A stretch of DNA of 64,000 nt, taken from the NCBI GenBank assembly GCA_963805975.1, contig CAWDVR010000004.1, positions 320,001 through 384,000 on the forward strand, read 5' to 3'. Under the pieces are notes generated by a model. That model made no database searches. It was not told the origin of the DNA and was given only the letters and a program-made list of their open reading frames with translations. The stretch is from an uncultured Acidobacteriota bacterium. GTDB lineage: Bacteria > Acidobacteriota > Thermoanaerobaculia > Multivoradales > SZUA-115. The stretch's first letter is position 1; every line of letters begins with the position of its first letter. The translations under genes and the position numbers were made by a program. This document shows positions 8,314 through 19,871 of this stretch, piece by piece.

Positions 8314-9291
8314 CTACCCGGCCATCACGTAGGCGAAGATCAGCGGCGCGACGATGGTGGCGTCCGACTCGATGATGAACTTCGGCGACTCTGTGGAGAG
8401 CTTGCCCCAGGTGATCTTTTCGTTGGGCACCGCGCCGCTGTAGGAGCCGAACGAGGTCGTCGAGTCGCTGATCTGGCAGAAGTAGCTCCAGAGCTTGACC
8501 TCCTGCTCCATGTCCTGGGCGATCAACGGCACCACGCAGATCGGGAAGTCGCCGGCGATGCCGCCGCCGATCTGGAAGAAGCCGAGGCCGGCCTTGGCCG
8601 TGGTCTCCTGGTACCAGTGGATCAACCGGTGCATGTAGTGCAGGCCGCCCTTCACCGTATCCAGCCCCAGCTCGCCGCGGACCGTGGCGGCGACGAACAT
8701 GTTGCCCATCGTCGAGTCCTCCCAGCCCGGTACGTAGAGCGGGAGGTTGCGCTCTGCTGCCGCGTGGAGCCAGGAATGCGCGGGGTCGATCTGGTAACTC
8801 GCCGCGAGCTCGCCCGAGCGCAGGATCTCGTAGAAGTACTCGTGCGGCAGGTGGCGCTCGCCGGCCTCGTGCGCCCGCCGCCAGCGCGCCAGGATGGTCG
8901 ACTCCACACGCCGCATCGCCTCCTCTTCTGGGATGCAGGTGTCGGTCACCCGGTTCAGCCCCTGTTGGGCGAGCTCCCACTCCTGCTCGGCGGTCAGGGC
9001 CCGCCAGTTGGGGATGCGCCGGTAGTGGTCGTGCGCCAGCAGGTTGAAGAGATCCTCTTCGAGGTTGGCGCCGGTGCAGACGATGGCGTGGACCTTCTCC
9101 CGGCGGATCATCTCGGCGAGCAGGATGCCGAGCTCGGCCGTGCTCATCGCGCCGGCCATCGTCACCAGCATCTTGTTGCCCTGGGCGAGCTGATCGATCC
9201 AGCCGTCCGCCGCCTCGACCACCGTGGCGGCGTTGAAGTGGCGGTAGTGATGGCGGACAAACCGCTGGACGGCCTTGAAGTCCTCGCTCAT
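8314..9291 (-). CDS. Deoxyhypusine synthase-like family protein
   Basis: RHFNAA, MAGAMSTAELG, IVCTGANLEED, NRVTDTCIPEE, PGWEDST, GGGIAGDF, GSYSGAVPNEKITWGK, IESDATIVAPL. Confidence 0.92.
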   Translation of the reverse strand: MSEDFKAVQRFVRHHYRHFNAATVVEAADGWIDQLAQGNKMLVTMAGAMSTAELGILLAEMIRREKVHAIVCTGANLEEDLFNLLAHDHYRRIPNWRALTAEQEWELAQQGLNRVTDTCIPEEEAMRRVESTILARWRRAHEAGERHLPHEYFYEILRSGELAASYQIDPAHSWLHAAAERNLPLYVPGWEDSTMGNMFVAATVRGELGLDTVKGGLHYMHRLIHWYQETTAKAGLGFFQIGGGIAGDFPICVVPLIAQDMEQEVKLWSYFCQISDSTTSFGSYSGAVPNEKITWGKLSTESPKFIIESDATIVAPLIFAYVMAG

Positions 9292-9376
9292 GGCGTGCTC
9301 CCGGAAGAATGTTGCGATCTGGAGGCTTGGCAACGATCTGGTTTCGAACGGCGAGACTGTAGCACCAGCGCCGCGT

Positions 9377-10783
9377 TCAGCCGGTGCGCTCCGGCCCTTC
9401 CCGGACCTTCACCACCAGGAACGTCAGGTCGTCGGCCTGGGGCGCGCTGCCGCGGAAGGCGGTGAAGTCGCGGAGCACGGCGTCCCGCATCTCCACCGCG
9501 CCGGCGCTCGGCTCCTGGCGCGCGAGCGAAGCCGCCAGGCGGGCGAAGCCGTACGGCTCGCCGCTCGCGTTGGTCCCTTCGTAGAGACCGTCGGAGAGGA
9601 GGAGCAGCGTGTCGCCCGTCTCGAGCGGCACCTCACGCTCCCCGAACTCCGGCCGGAGCTGCGTGCCGAGCGGCACCGAGGGCAGGCTCACCTCTTCGAC
9701 ACGGCCGGCGCGGGCGACGAGCACCGGCGGATGGCCGGCGCTGGCGACGGTGGCGACGCGGCGGTGCGGATCGAAGACGACGATGGCGAGCGTCACCAGC
9801 ATGCGCCGCCGCGCCGTCTGCTGCACCATGCGGTTGAGCTTGGCGAGCACCTCGAGCGGCCGGTCGAGATCCTCGACAAGGATGGTCAGCGAGCTGCGCA
9901 CGCCGGCCAGGAGAAGGCCGCTCGCCATGCCGTGGCCGGCCACGTCGCCCACCACCACGGCGAGGCGGTCGCCGGGCAGCGGAAAGTAGTCGTAGTAGTC
10001 GCCGCCCACCTCGGTGGCAGGCCACGACAGGCTGCAGATCTCCAACCAGTCCTGCGTCGGGCAGTCCGCCGGCAGCATCGAGAGCTGGATCTCCCGCGCG
10101 TAGTCGAGCTCCTGGCGCATGCGGACCTGGACCCGCGCCTGCTCGCGGCCCTGGCGCAACCGGTCGACGAGCGAGCGCCGCACCCGGCGCGTGGTCAGGA
10201 GGCCGATCACCATCGCGAAGCCCTGGCTCGTGATCAGGGCCGGCAGCAGCTCGCCGGATTCCCTGCCGGCCGGCGCTTGGCCGAGGCCGAGGATCGCGAC
10301 CCCCAGGCACAGGCCGATGACCGAGAGGTGGAGCGCGATGCGCTCGATCGCCCGCAGCCGGAACGCCGGCACGAAGAAGCCCAGCATGATGGTGAGCGGC
10401 AGCAGGCTCTCCGTGCCGTAGGCGCTGGCGATCACCAGCGAGATCCCCAGCAGCAGCCAGCTCAGGGTGAGGGACCGCGGCGAGCGCTGGTACAGGCGGG
10501 CGATCGGCTGGAGGAAGCGGGTCCGGCCGGCGTGCGGGGGAACCTTCAGCGTCACCCGGCGCAAGCCCAGGAAGATCGCCGCGGAGAGGAGCACGGTCAG
10601 CGCGGGCATCGCCGCGAACGCCCCGCGCTCGCCCGCCGCCGCCAGGAACAGGCCGAACGAGATGAAGCCCACGACCGCCGAGAACAGCCGGCCGATGCGA
10701 GCGTTGCCCGCATCGAACTGGCGCGCCACCGCCTCGTCCTCGCCGAGGGTCGCCAGCTCGTCGAGGGTCAGCTCGTCGCTCAT
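9377..10783 (-). CDS. Membrane-bound PP2C/SpoIIE (RsbU-like) phosphatase
   Basis: Several N-terminal TMs; AREIQLSMLP, EVGGDYYD, VGDVAGHG, SAGHPP, LSDGLYE, QADDLT. Confidence 0.92.
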   Translation of the reverse strand: MSDELTLDELATLGEDEAVARQFDAGNARIGRLFSAVVGFISFGLFLAAAGERGAFAAMPALTVLLSAAIFLGLRRVTLKVPPHAGRTRFLQPIARLYQRSPRSLTLSWLLLGISLVIASAYGTESLLPLTIMLGFFVPAFRLRAIERIALHLSVIGLCLGVAILGLGQAPAGRESGELLPALITSQGFAMVIGLLTTRRVRRSLVDRLRQGREQARVQVRMRQELDYAREIQLSMLPADCPTQDWLEICSLSWPATEVGGDYYDYFPLPGDRLAVVVGDVAGHGMASGLLLAGVRSSLTILVEDLDRPLEVLAKLNRMVQQTARRRMLVTLAIVVFDPHRRVATVASAGHPPVLVARAGRVEEVSLPSVPLGTQLRPEFGEREVPLETGDTLLLLSDGLYEGTNASGEPYGFARLAASLARQEPSAGAVEMRDAVLRDFTAFRGSAPQADDLTFLVVKVREGPERTG

Positions 10784-11883
10784 CGCACCGGCTCTCCGAG
10801 ACAGATCCCCAGCTCGCGCGCGGTCGCCACGGCGTCGCCGTCGAGCGGCACGGTCTTCAGGCGGCGGATGGCCTCCGACAGCGGCACCGCTTTGACCCGC
10901 GGCGGATCGACGGCCACCATCACCGAGAAGCGGCCCCGCGCCACCATACGCACCGCCGCGGCGCCGAAGGAGAGGGCGAGCAGGCGGTCGTGCGCCGTGG
11001 GCCCGCCGCCCCGCTGCAGGTGCCCGAGAGTCACGGTGCGCGTTTCCTTGCCGGTCCAGCGCGCGATCTCGGCGGCGATCGGCTCGCAGACGCCGCCCAG
11101 CCGCACCTCGCGGCCGATCTCTTGCGGCCCGCGGATCGTCAGTGCGCCTCCCGCGGGCTTGGCTCCTTCCGCAGCGACCACGATCGAGAAGCGGCGGCCG
11201 TTCGCCTCGCGGTCGAGGATCTTTCGCGCCACGGCCTCGAGGTCGTAAGGGATCTCCGGGATGAGGATCACGTCCGCGCCGCCGGCCAGCCCCGAGTGCA
11301 GCGCGATCCAGCCGGCATAGCGGCCCATCACCTCCACCACGAAGACCCGCTCGTGCGCCTCCGCGGTCGAGTGCAGGCGGCCGATGGCCTCGCTCGCCAC
11401 CGTCACCGCGGTGTCGAAGCCGAAGGTGGCGGCGGTGCCCTCGAGATCGTTGTCGATGGTCTTCGGTACTCCGACCACCGGCAGGCCCTTCTGCGCCAGG
11501 CCGTGCGCGATCCGCATCGAGCCGTCGCCGCCGATGGCGATCAGCGCGTCGAGGCCCAGGCGATGGAAGTTGGCCACCACCTCGTCGGAGCGGTCCGCGG
11601 TGGTGGTGCCGCCGTCCGGCTGCGCCACCGGGATGGCGAAAGGGTCGCCCTTGTTGGTGGTGCCGAGGATGGTGCCGCCCAGGTGGGTGATCCCGCGCAC
11701 CCGCTCGCGGTCGAGGGGGACGACCTGGCTGGTGTCGAGGAGCCCCAGGTAGCCTTTCCGGATGCCGAGCACCTCCCAGCCGCGCAGCTCGGCCGCGAGC
11801 ACCGCGGCACGGATCACCGCGTTCAGACCGGGAGCGTCACCACCGCCGGTGTTGATGGCGATGCGACGGATCTTGCGTCTCAT
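10780..11883 (-). CDS. pfkA: 6-phosphofructokinase (PfkA family)
   Basis: TGGGDAPGLNAVIR, GGTILGT, IGGDGS, PKTIDND, FGFDTA, EVMGRYAGWIA, LGHLQRGG. Confidence 0.95.
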   Translation of the reverse strand: MRRKIRRIAINTGGGDAPGLNAVIRAAVLAAELRGWEVLGIRKGYLGLLDTSQVVPLDRERVRGITHLGGTILGTTNKGDPFAIPVAQPDGGTTTADRSDEVVANFHRLGLDALIAIGGDGSMRIAHGLAQKGLPVVGVPKTIDNDLEGTAATFGFDTAVTVASEAIGRLHSTAEAHERVFVVEVMGRYAGWIALHSGLAGGADVILIPEIPYDLEAVARKILDREANGRRFSIVVAAEGAKPAGGALTIRGPQEIGREVRLGGVCEPIAAEIARWTGKETRTVTLGHLQRGGGPTAHDRLLALSFGAAAVRMVARGRFSVMVAVDPPRVKAVPLSEAIRRLKTVPLDGDAVATARELGICLGEPVR

Positions 11884-11894
11884 GAGCGGCGATC

Positions 11895-12416
11895 CTAGCG
11901 CGGGGCCAGCGGGCTCACCAGGATGCGGTCGATCTGCGGGTCGTTGCCCACCGGGAAGAGGTGCCAGCCCACGTCCACGAAGCCGCACTTGGCGTAGAAG
12001 GCGATGGCGCGGGCATTACGCTCCCAGACGCCCAGCCAGATGGTCTCGGCACCCGCTCGGCGCGCCTCCTCCCGGGCCGCTTCCATCAGCGCCTGTGCGA
12101 CGCCCCGGCCCTGCCACTTGCGGTCGAGATACAAGCGATAGATCTCGATCGGCCGGGGGCCCGTGACGCAGTCGGGCGGCGGCCCGGCCTTGAGCTGTGC
12201 GAAGCCGGCGAGCTCGCCCGCCACCTCGGCGAGGAGAGTCGTCATCGCCGGGTCTCGGAGCTCGGCCGTCTGCTGCGGGACGCCGTATCTTTCCTCGAGA
12301 AACAGCGCGAGGTCCTCGGCCGGAGTTTGCGGCGCGAAGGTGTCGCGGAAAGTTCGCGCTGCGATCTCGGCCAGAGGCGCTGCGTCGGCAACGGTGGCGT
12401 GGCGGATGATGAGCAA
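11895..12416 (-). CDS. GNAT family N-acetyltransferase (PaiA-like)
   Basis: TFRDTF, EIYRLYLDRKWQGRGVAQALM, IWLGVWERNARAIAFYAKCGF; TTG start approximate. Confidence 0.88.
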   Translation of the reverse strand: MLIIRHATVADAAPLAEIAARTFRDTFAPQTPAEDLALFLEERYGVPQQTAELRDPAMTTLLAEVAGELAGFAQLKAGPPPDCVTGPRPIEIYRLYLDRKWQGRGVAQALMEAAREEARRAGAETIWLGVWERNARAIAFYAKCGFVDVGWHLFPVGNDPQIDRILVSPLAPR

Positions 12417-12436
12417 GGCCGGTGGGCTCTCGAGAG

Positions 12437-13056
12437 TCAGCGCTGCTGCAGCCGCGCTGCCTCGGCCGCGAGCCGGCGCACGCGCTGCCAGTCGCCCGCG
12501 GCCACCGCGTCGGCCGGAGAGAGCCAAGTGCCGCCCACGGCGCGCACGTTGGGCAGTCTCAAATAGTCCGGCGCGTTCGCCGGGCCGATGCCGCCCGTGG
12601 GACAGAACCAGATCTCGGGGAAGACGGCGGCGAATGCCTTGAGCGCGGTCACGCCGCCGCTCGCCTCGGCCGGAAAAAACTTGAGACAGCGAAAGCCCGC
12701 CTCGCGTGCCCGCATCACCTCGGACGCCGTCGCCACGCCGGGCAGGAGCGGCACCGCCCGCGTGCTCGCCGCTTCGGCCAGCGCCTCGGTGAGGCCCGGG
12801 GAGACCACGAAGCGCGCCCCGGCGGCGATGGCATCGTCGTACTGCGTGGCGGAGAGCACCGTGCCCGCACCGACCAGGGCACCGTCGATCCCGGCCATGG
12901 CCCGGAGCGCCGCGAGCGCTGCCGGCGTACGCAAGGTGACCTCGAGCACCGGAAGGCCGCCTTCGACGAGCGCCCGCGCCAGCGGCACCGCGTCCGCGGC
13001 GCGCTCGATCACCAGCACCGGCACCACCGGCCCCAGGGCGAGAATCTCTTCGATCG

Positions 13057-13060
<4 letters not shown>
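12437..13060 (-). CDS. eda: KDPG/KHG aldolase
   Basis: [44 protein letters not shown]; overlaps the edd stop. Confidence 0.95.
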
Positions 13061-14895
<1,835 letters not shown>

Positions 14896-14998
14896 GGACA
14901 CAGCCCGCTAGGGTAGCAAAGGCCGGGACGGACAACACTTGACTGTGGCAGTAGGGCGGGAACGCCTGGGCGGCCCCGAGGTGTAGCACAATCTCTCC

Positions 14999-16198
14999 AT
15001 GCCCATCCCCGCCTACCACCGCGACCCCTATCTCCAATCCCTCGAAACCCGCGTGCTCGCCACCGGCTACGACGCCGACCGGCCGTATGCGCTGCTCGAA
15101 GACACAGTCCTCTTTCCCGAAGGTGGGGGGCAGCCGGCGGATCGGGGTTGGCTGCGATTGGGAGCAGGTGAGGTGGAGGTGGTGGACGTGCAGAAGGCCG
15201 AGGACGGGGCGCGGCACTATCTGGCGGCGGCGGTGGAGGCGGGGCCTGCGACGGTGGTGCTCGACTGGCGGCGGCGCTTCGACAACATGCAGCAGCACAC
15301 GGCGCAGCACCTGCTCTCGGCGGTGGCGGGGGACCGCTTCGGCTGGCGCACCACCGCTTTCCACCTGGGTGCGGTGATCTGCGACATCGAGCTCGACGTG
15401 CGCGGCCTGGGCGCGACCGAGCTCGAGACGCTCGAAGAAGCGGTGATGACGGAGATCCGCGCCGCGCGGCCGGTGACGGACCGCCGCGTGAGCGCCGAGG
15501 AGTACGCGGCGCTGCCCACGGTGAGGAGCCGCGGCCTACCAGCCGGCCACACGGGAGACGTGCGGCTGGTGGAGATCGCCGGCGTGGATCTGGCCACCTG
15601 CGGCGGCACGCACGTCTCCTCGACCGCCCACCTCGAGGGCCTGAAGCTTCTCGACACCGAGTCCCTCCGCGGCGGGGTGCGCCTCTCCTGGGTGGCGGGG
15701 GGTCGTGTGCGTTCGCGCCTCGCGGCGCACGAGGCGCGCAATGCGCAGATGCGCGCGGCCTTCAACACCTCGGACGAGGACCTCGCCACGGTGGCGGTGC
15801 TGAAGCTTGGCCAGCTCAAGGATGCCGCCCGCCGCGAGCGCCTGCTCTCGGACCAGCTCGCGGACCTCGCGGTGGACGCTCTCGCCGCCGCGCCCGCCCG
15901 GCTCGTCGAGCGGCACTTCGAGGGCGCCGACGCCGGCCTCCTCCAGCTCGTGGCGCGGCGGTTCGCGGCGCTCTCCCACGACAAGGTCGCCTTCCTCACC
16001 GCCGCGACACCCAAGGGCGGGGCCTTCGCGCTCGCCGCCGGCGAAGGCGCCGCGGTGGACCTGGCCGCCCTGGGGCGCGAGGCGGCGGCGGCCCTCGGCG
16101 GGCGGGGAGGCGGCTCGGGGCGCACCTTCCAGGGCCAGGCACCCTCCCTTGACCACCGGACCGAGGCCCTCGAGCTACTGGCCCCCTTTTTCCCGTAG
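14999..16198 (+). CDS. AlaX-type alanyl-tRNA editing protein with C-terminal DHHA1-like region
   Basis: FPEGGGQPAD, MQQHTAQHLLS (HxxxH), CGGTHV (CxxxH), GGRGGG. Confidence 0.9.
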   Translation: MPIPAYHRDPYLQSLETRVLATGYDADRPYALLEDTVLFPEGGGQPADRGWLRLGAGEVEVVDVQKAEDGARHYLAAAVEAGPATVVLDWRRRFDNMQQHTAQHLLSAVAGDRFGWRTTAFHLGAVICDIELDVRGLGATELETLEEAVMTEIRAARPVTDRRVSAEEYAALPTVRSRGLPAGHTGDVRLVEIAGVDLATCGGTHVSSTAHLEGLKLLDTESLRGGVRLSWVAGGRVRSRLAAHEARNAQMRAAFNTSDEDLATVAVLKLGQLKDAARRERLLSDQLADLAVDALAAAPARLVERHFEGADAGLLQLVARRFAALSHDKVAFLTAATPKGGAFALAAGEGAAVDLAALGREAAAALGGRGGGSGRTFQGQAPSLDHRTEALELLAPFFP

Positions 16199-16255
16199 AC
16201 TCCGCCGGCAATTTCAGGCTCGGGAGCGGGACGGCGCGACCGGAGGGAGACGAGC

Positions 16256-17362
16256 ATGGCGCGGCAGGCTTTTACCATCGGCATCGAAGAGGAATACCAG
16301 ATCATCGATCCCGAGACCCGGGAGCTGACCTCCTACATCCAGGAGTTCCTGGAGCAGGGCAGGGTCGTGCTCAAGGACCAGATCAAGCCCGAGTTTCTGC
16401 AGTCCCAGGTGGAGGTCGGGAGCCAGATCTGCCACTCGATCGAGGAGGCGCGCGCCGAGCTGGTGCGCCTCCGGCGCTCGGTGCTCGAGATCGCCGACGC
16501 CAACGACCTTCGCGTGGCCGCCGCCAGCACCCATCCCTTCTCCAAGTGGATGGACCAGCTCATCACCGCCGGCGAGCGCTACACCAAGCACGAGCGCGAG
16601 ATGGTGGACGTGGCCCGGCGCCTGCTGATCTTCGGCATGCACGTCCACATCGGCATCGACGACAAGGACCTGATGATCGACGTGATGGACCAGGCGCGCT
16701 ACTTCCTGCCGCACCTGCTGGCCCTTTCGACCAGCTCGCCCTTCTGGTACGGGCGCGAGACCGGCCTCAAGTCGTACCGCTCGGTGGTCTTCGAGAGCGT
16801 GCCGCGCAGCGGCCCGCCGCCGGCCTTCAGCTCGTGGAGCGACTATCAGCAGACCATCGACATGCTGATCAAGACCCACTGCATCGAGGACGGCACCCGC
16901 ATCTGGTGGGACTGCCGGCCGCACTCCAAGTTCCCCACGCTGGAGTTCCGCGTCACCGACATCTGCACCCGGGTGGACGACGCGATCTGCCTCGCCTCGC
17001 TGATCCTCGCCATCGTCACCAAGCTCATCAAGCTGCGGCGCTCGAACCTCTCCTGGCGCCACTACCGCCACCACCTGATCACCGAGAACAAGTGGCGGGC
17101 GGTGCGCTACGGCATCGACGGCAAGCTGCTCGACTTCGGCCGCCAGGAAGAGGTGCCGTTCAAGGAGCTCGCCGTCGAGCTCCTCGAGCTGGTGGACGAC
17201 GTGGTGGACGGCCTCGGCGTGAGGAAAGAGGTGGAGCACGTGCACACCATCCTCAGGGAAGGCACCAGCGCCGATCGCCAGCTCGCCGTGTTCCGCGAGA
17301 CCCAGGACATGAAGGCCGTGGTCGATCACGTGGTGGCGGAGACGCGGAAGGGCTGCGAGTAA
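16256..17362 (+). CDS. ybdK: YbdK-family carboxylate-amine ligase (GCS2)
   Basis: FTIGIEEEYQIIDP, IFGMHVHIG, LALSTSSPFW, IWWDCRPH..FPTLEFR, ENKWRAVRYG. Confidence 0.92.
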   Translation: MARQAFTIGIEEEYQIIDPETRELTSYIQEFLEQGRVVLKDQIKPEFLQSQVEVGSQICHSIEEARAELVRLRRSVLEIADANDLRVAAASTHPFSKWMDQLITAGERYTKHEREMVDVARRLLIFGMHVHIGIDDKDLMIDVMDQARYFLPHLLALSTSSPFWYGRETGLKSYRSVVFESVPRSGPPPAFSSWSDYQQTIDMLIKTHCIEDGTRIWWDCRPHSKFPTLEFRVTDICTRVDDAICLASLILAIVTKLIKLRRSNLSWRHYRHHLITENKWRAVRYGIDGKLLDFGRQEEVPFKELAVELLELVDDVVDGLGVRKEVEHVHTILREGTSADRQLAVFRETQDMKAVVDHVVAETRKGCE

Positions 17363-17366
17363 GCGT

Positions 17367-17494
17367 CCCCTCACCCCAGCCCTCTCCCCGCAAGCGGGGA
17401 GAGGGGACCGGAACAAGAGAGGTTGGAGCGTCCGACCTGGTCGGGTGGTGGCGCCCTCGCCCCGCGTTAGCGGGGAGAGGGTCGGGGTGAGGGG
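17367..17494. repeat. REP doublet / REPIN-like element, copy 2
   Basis: Same arms and a similar spacer as 8177-8307, opposite orientation, between convergent genes. Confidence 0.85.
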
Positions 17495-19789
17495 TTACTG
17501 CGCTGGCGCCGGGTTCACCACCGTCTTCGAGTACACCAGGCTCGAGTCCGTGCTCCACACCGAGAGCGGCATGGTGTCCGCGGGCCGCTCGACGAGCGTC
17601 ACCCCGGGGAGCTGGGGCAGGCCGAAACGCTGGGTGACGACCTCGACCTCGACCGGCCCGCCGGCGGCCGGCGAGACCTCGATCTCCAAGCCTTCCGCCG
17701 GCGGCGCGTAGTAGAGCAGCGTCCTTTCCTTCCCTTCCTCACCGGCCAGCGGGCGGCCGTTGACGCGCACGGCGCCGAGCGAGGTGGCGGAGCGCAGCGT
17801 GACGATGGCGCGGGCCACCGGCTCCGGCCAGGAGAGGCCGAGCCGCACGGTCTTCGCCGCCGGGTCGCCGCCGGGGAGAGCCGTCACCTTCGCCGCGGCG
17901 AGCGGCGCCATCGGGGCCGGTGCGGTGAGCACCGGGGCGCGGATGCCGAAGGCGGGCGGCAGGGCCTCGCGTGTCGCGGCAGCGGGGATGACCTGCGAGG
18001 TCCAGGCGTCGGGCGCGCGGTCGTAGCTCGCCCAGCGCGCCGTGCCGGCTTCGGTGTCCAGCACGTAGACCAGGCTGTTCGGCCGGCGGCTGTCGGCGTC
18101 GTAGGCGGAGCCGAGCCGCACCGTCGCGATCAGCGCCAGGGCCGCGAGCAAAACTCCCACCGGGAAGCCCCAGCCGCCTTGCCCCGGCCTGCCCCAGGAG
18201 AGTCCCGTGCCGAAGAGCCCGAGCCCCAGGAGCACCACGGCCCCGGCCATGGCCGGGGCTGCGGCCTGACCGAGGGCCACGCCGAGCAGGCTGAGCGTCG
18301 GCACCCACAGGAGAGCCGTCACCACGACGGCGAGGGCCGCCAGCGCCACGGTCCCGGCGGGCAGCGGCGCTTCGGGCTCGGCCTGCCACCAGCGCGCCAC
18401 CGCGGCCAGCGTGAAGGCGAGCGGCAGGCCCACCATGTAGCTGGCGCCGGGTGCCGCGAAGGCCGCCGCCACCGCCAGCGCCAGCGAGACCACCAGGCCG
18501 CCGGCCGCCAGACCTTCCCCCTGGATCCGCCGGCCGAGGAAACGCTCGAGGCCGACGGTGAGGGCGAAGGCGGCGAGCGCCAGGCCCCACAGCACGAGCG
18601 AGGTGCTGCGCGCGCCGCCCCACAGGGTGAAGTCATGCGGGCCGGGGAAGGCCAGGCGCGCGCCCAGGGCCGCGAGGTAGCCGATGCCACCGATGGCCAG
18701 CAGGCAGGCGACGCTGCCCAGGAGCACGCCACCCGGTGTGAACCGGCGCCGCCGCAAGCCGAGCGCCAGTGCCGCCCCGGTGGCCACCACCAGGGCCAGC
18801 GCGAGCGGCAGCACCCAGAAGCCCGAGTAGCGCAGGAAGACGGGGCCGAGCAGGTTGAAGTACACCGCGTTGGGCTCGCCGGCCCGGGGCGGCAGCTCCT
18901 GGTTGCCGAAGGCGCGGGCCAGGGCGAGCGCCGCGTCGCCGTGGTGCTGCAGGCTCGCGAGGCTCAGCCGCTCGATCGAGTCCTGCGCCGTGTGGTAAGC
19001 CGCGGGGTCGTGGATGTAGGCGAAGTTCAGGCCGGGGACTCCTTTGCCGCGCAGCACCGTGAAGTCGGTGTCGTTCGGCATCAGCCGGTAGACCTCGTAG
19101 CTGAACGAGTAGGCGACCGGCCGCGGCACGGCGCGGCCGAGGGTGGAGATCAGAGGGCCGTTGCCGGGGCTGGTCTCGAACATCAGCGAGGGCCCGTCCG
19201 CACCCCGCGCCTCGAAGTTGAGCGCCACGCCCACCTCGGCCGCCCAGGGGTGCTGGTCGGCGAAGGCGTGGGCGCCGAGGAGGGCCACCTCCTCGCCATC
19301 GGTGAAGAGGAAGATGACGTCGTTCTCGAGGGGCTCGCCGCTCTTGAGGGCGCGGAGCGTCTCGAGCAGGACGGCGACCCCGGAGGCGTCGTCCGAGGCC
19401 CCCGGTCCGGCGGGCACCGAGTCGTAGTGGGCCATCAGCAGCACGGCCTTGCCCTTCTCCCGTCCAGGCAGGCGTGCGAGGACGTTGGCGACCGTGCCGC
19501 CGATGCCGCGTCCCGGCGAGAGCGCGGTCGTGGTCTGCACCTGCGGCTCGACGCCGAGGCTCCGCAGCCGCTCCACCAGCCAGGCGCGCGCCCGGCCGTT
19601 CTCGGCCGAGCCCATGGGCCGTGGCCGCCGGGCGAGGCTCTCGAGAGTGCTGCTGGCGCGCTCGGCGGAGAACTCTCCGGCCGGTGCCGTCACGGGCTTC
19701 GGGCGAGGGGGGGCGAGCGAACGAATGCCGATCGCGCCAGAGAGCAGAAACAGGACGAACAGGAAAGGAGCCGCGGACGACGCCTTCAT
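17495..19789 (-). CDS. M28 family membrane metallopeptidase (ERMP1-like)
   Basis: LMAHYDSV, GASDDASG, FTDGEEVALLG, NFEARG, PNDTDF, YHTAQD, then multiple TMs. Confidence 0.92.
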   Translation of the reverse strand: MKASSAAPFLFVLFLLSGAIGIRSLAPPRPKPVTAPAGEFSAERASSTLESLARRPRPMGSAENGRARAWLVERLRSLGVEPQVQTTTALSPGRGIGGTVANVLARLPGREKGKAVLLMAHYDSVPAGPGASDDASGVAVLLETLRALKSGEPLENDVIFLFTDGEEVALLGAHAFADQHPWAAEVGVALNFEARGADGPSLMFETSPGNGPLISTLGRAVPRPVAYSFSYEVYRLMPNDTDFTVLRGKGVPGLNFAYIHDPAAYHTAQDSIERLSLASLQHHGDAALALARAFGNQELPPRAGEPNAVYFNLLGPVFLRYSGFWVLPLALALVVATGAALALGLRRRRFTPGGVLLGSVACLLAIGGIGYLAALGARLAFPGPHDFTLWGGARSTSLVLWGLALAAFALTVGLERFLGRRIQGEGLAAGGLVVSLALAVAAAFAAPGASYMVGLPLAFTLAAVARWWQAEPEAPLPAGTVALAALAVVVTALLWVPTLSLLGVALGQAAAPAMAGAVVLLGLGLFGTGLSWGRPGQGGWGFPVGVLLAALALIATVRLGSAYDADSRRPNSLVYVLDTEAGTARWASYDRAPDAWTSQVIPAAATREALPPAFGIRAPVLTAPAPMAPLAAAKVTALPGGDPAAKTVRLGLSWPEPVARAIVTLRSATSLGAVRVNGRPLAGEEGKERTLLYYAPPAEGLEIEVSPAAGGPVEVEVVTQRFGLPQLPGVTLVERPADTMPLSVWSTDSSLVYSKTVVNPAPAQ

Positions 19790-19871
19790 CAGAATCCCCC
19801 TTTGTAAGGCCGGCGATGCACGAGTGCGCGCGCACGGTGGGCGCGGGACACCCGAGTCAATTCACCCCGGA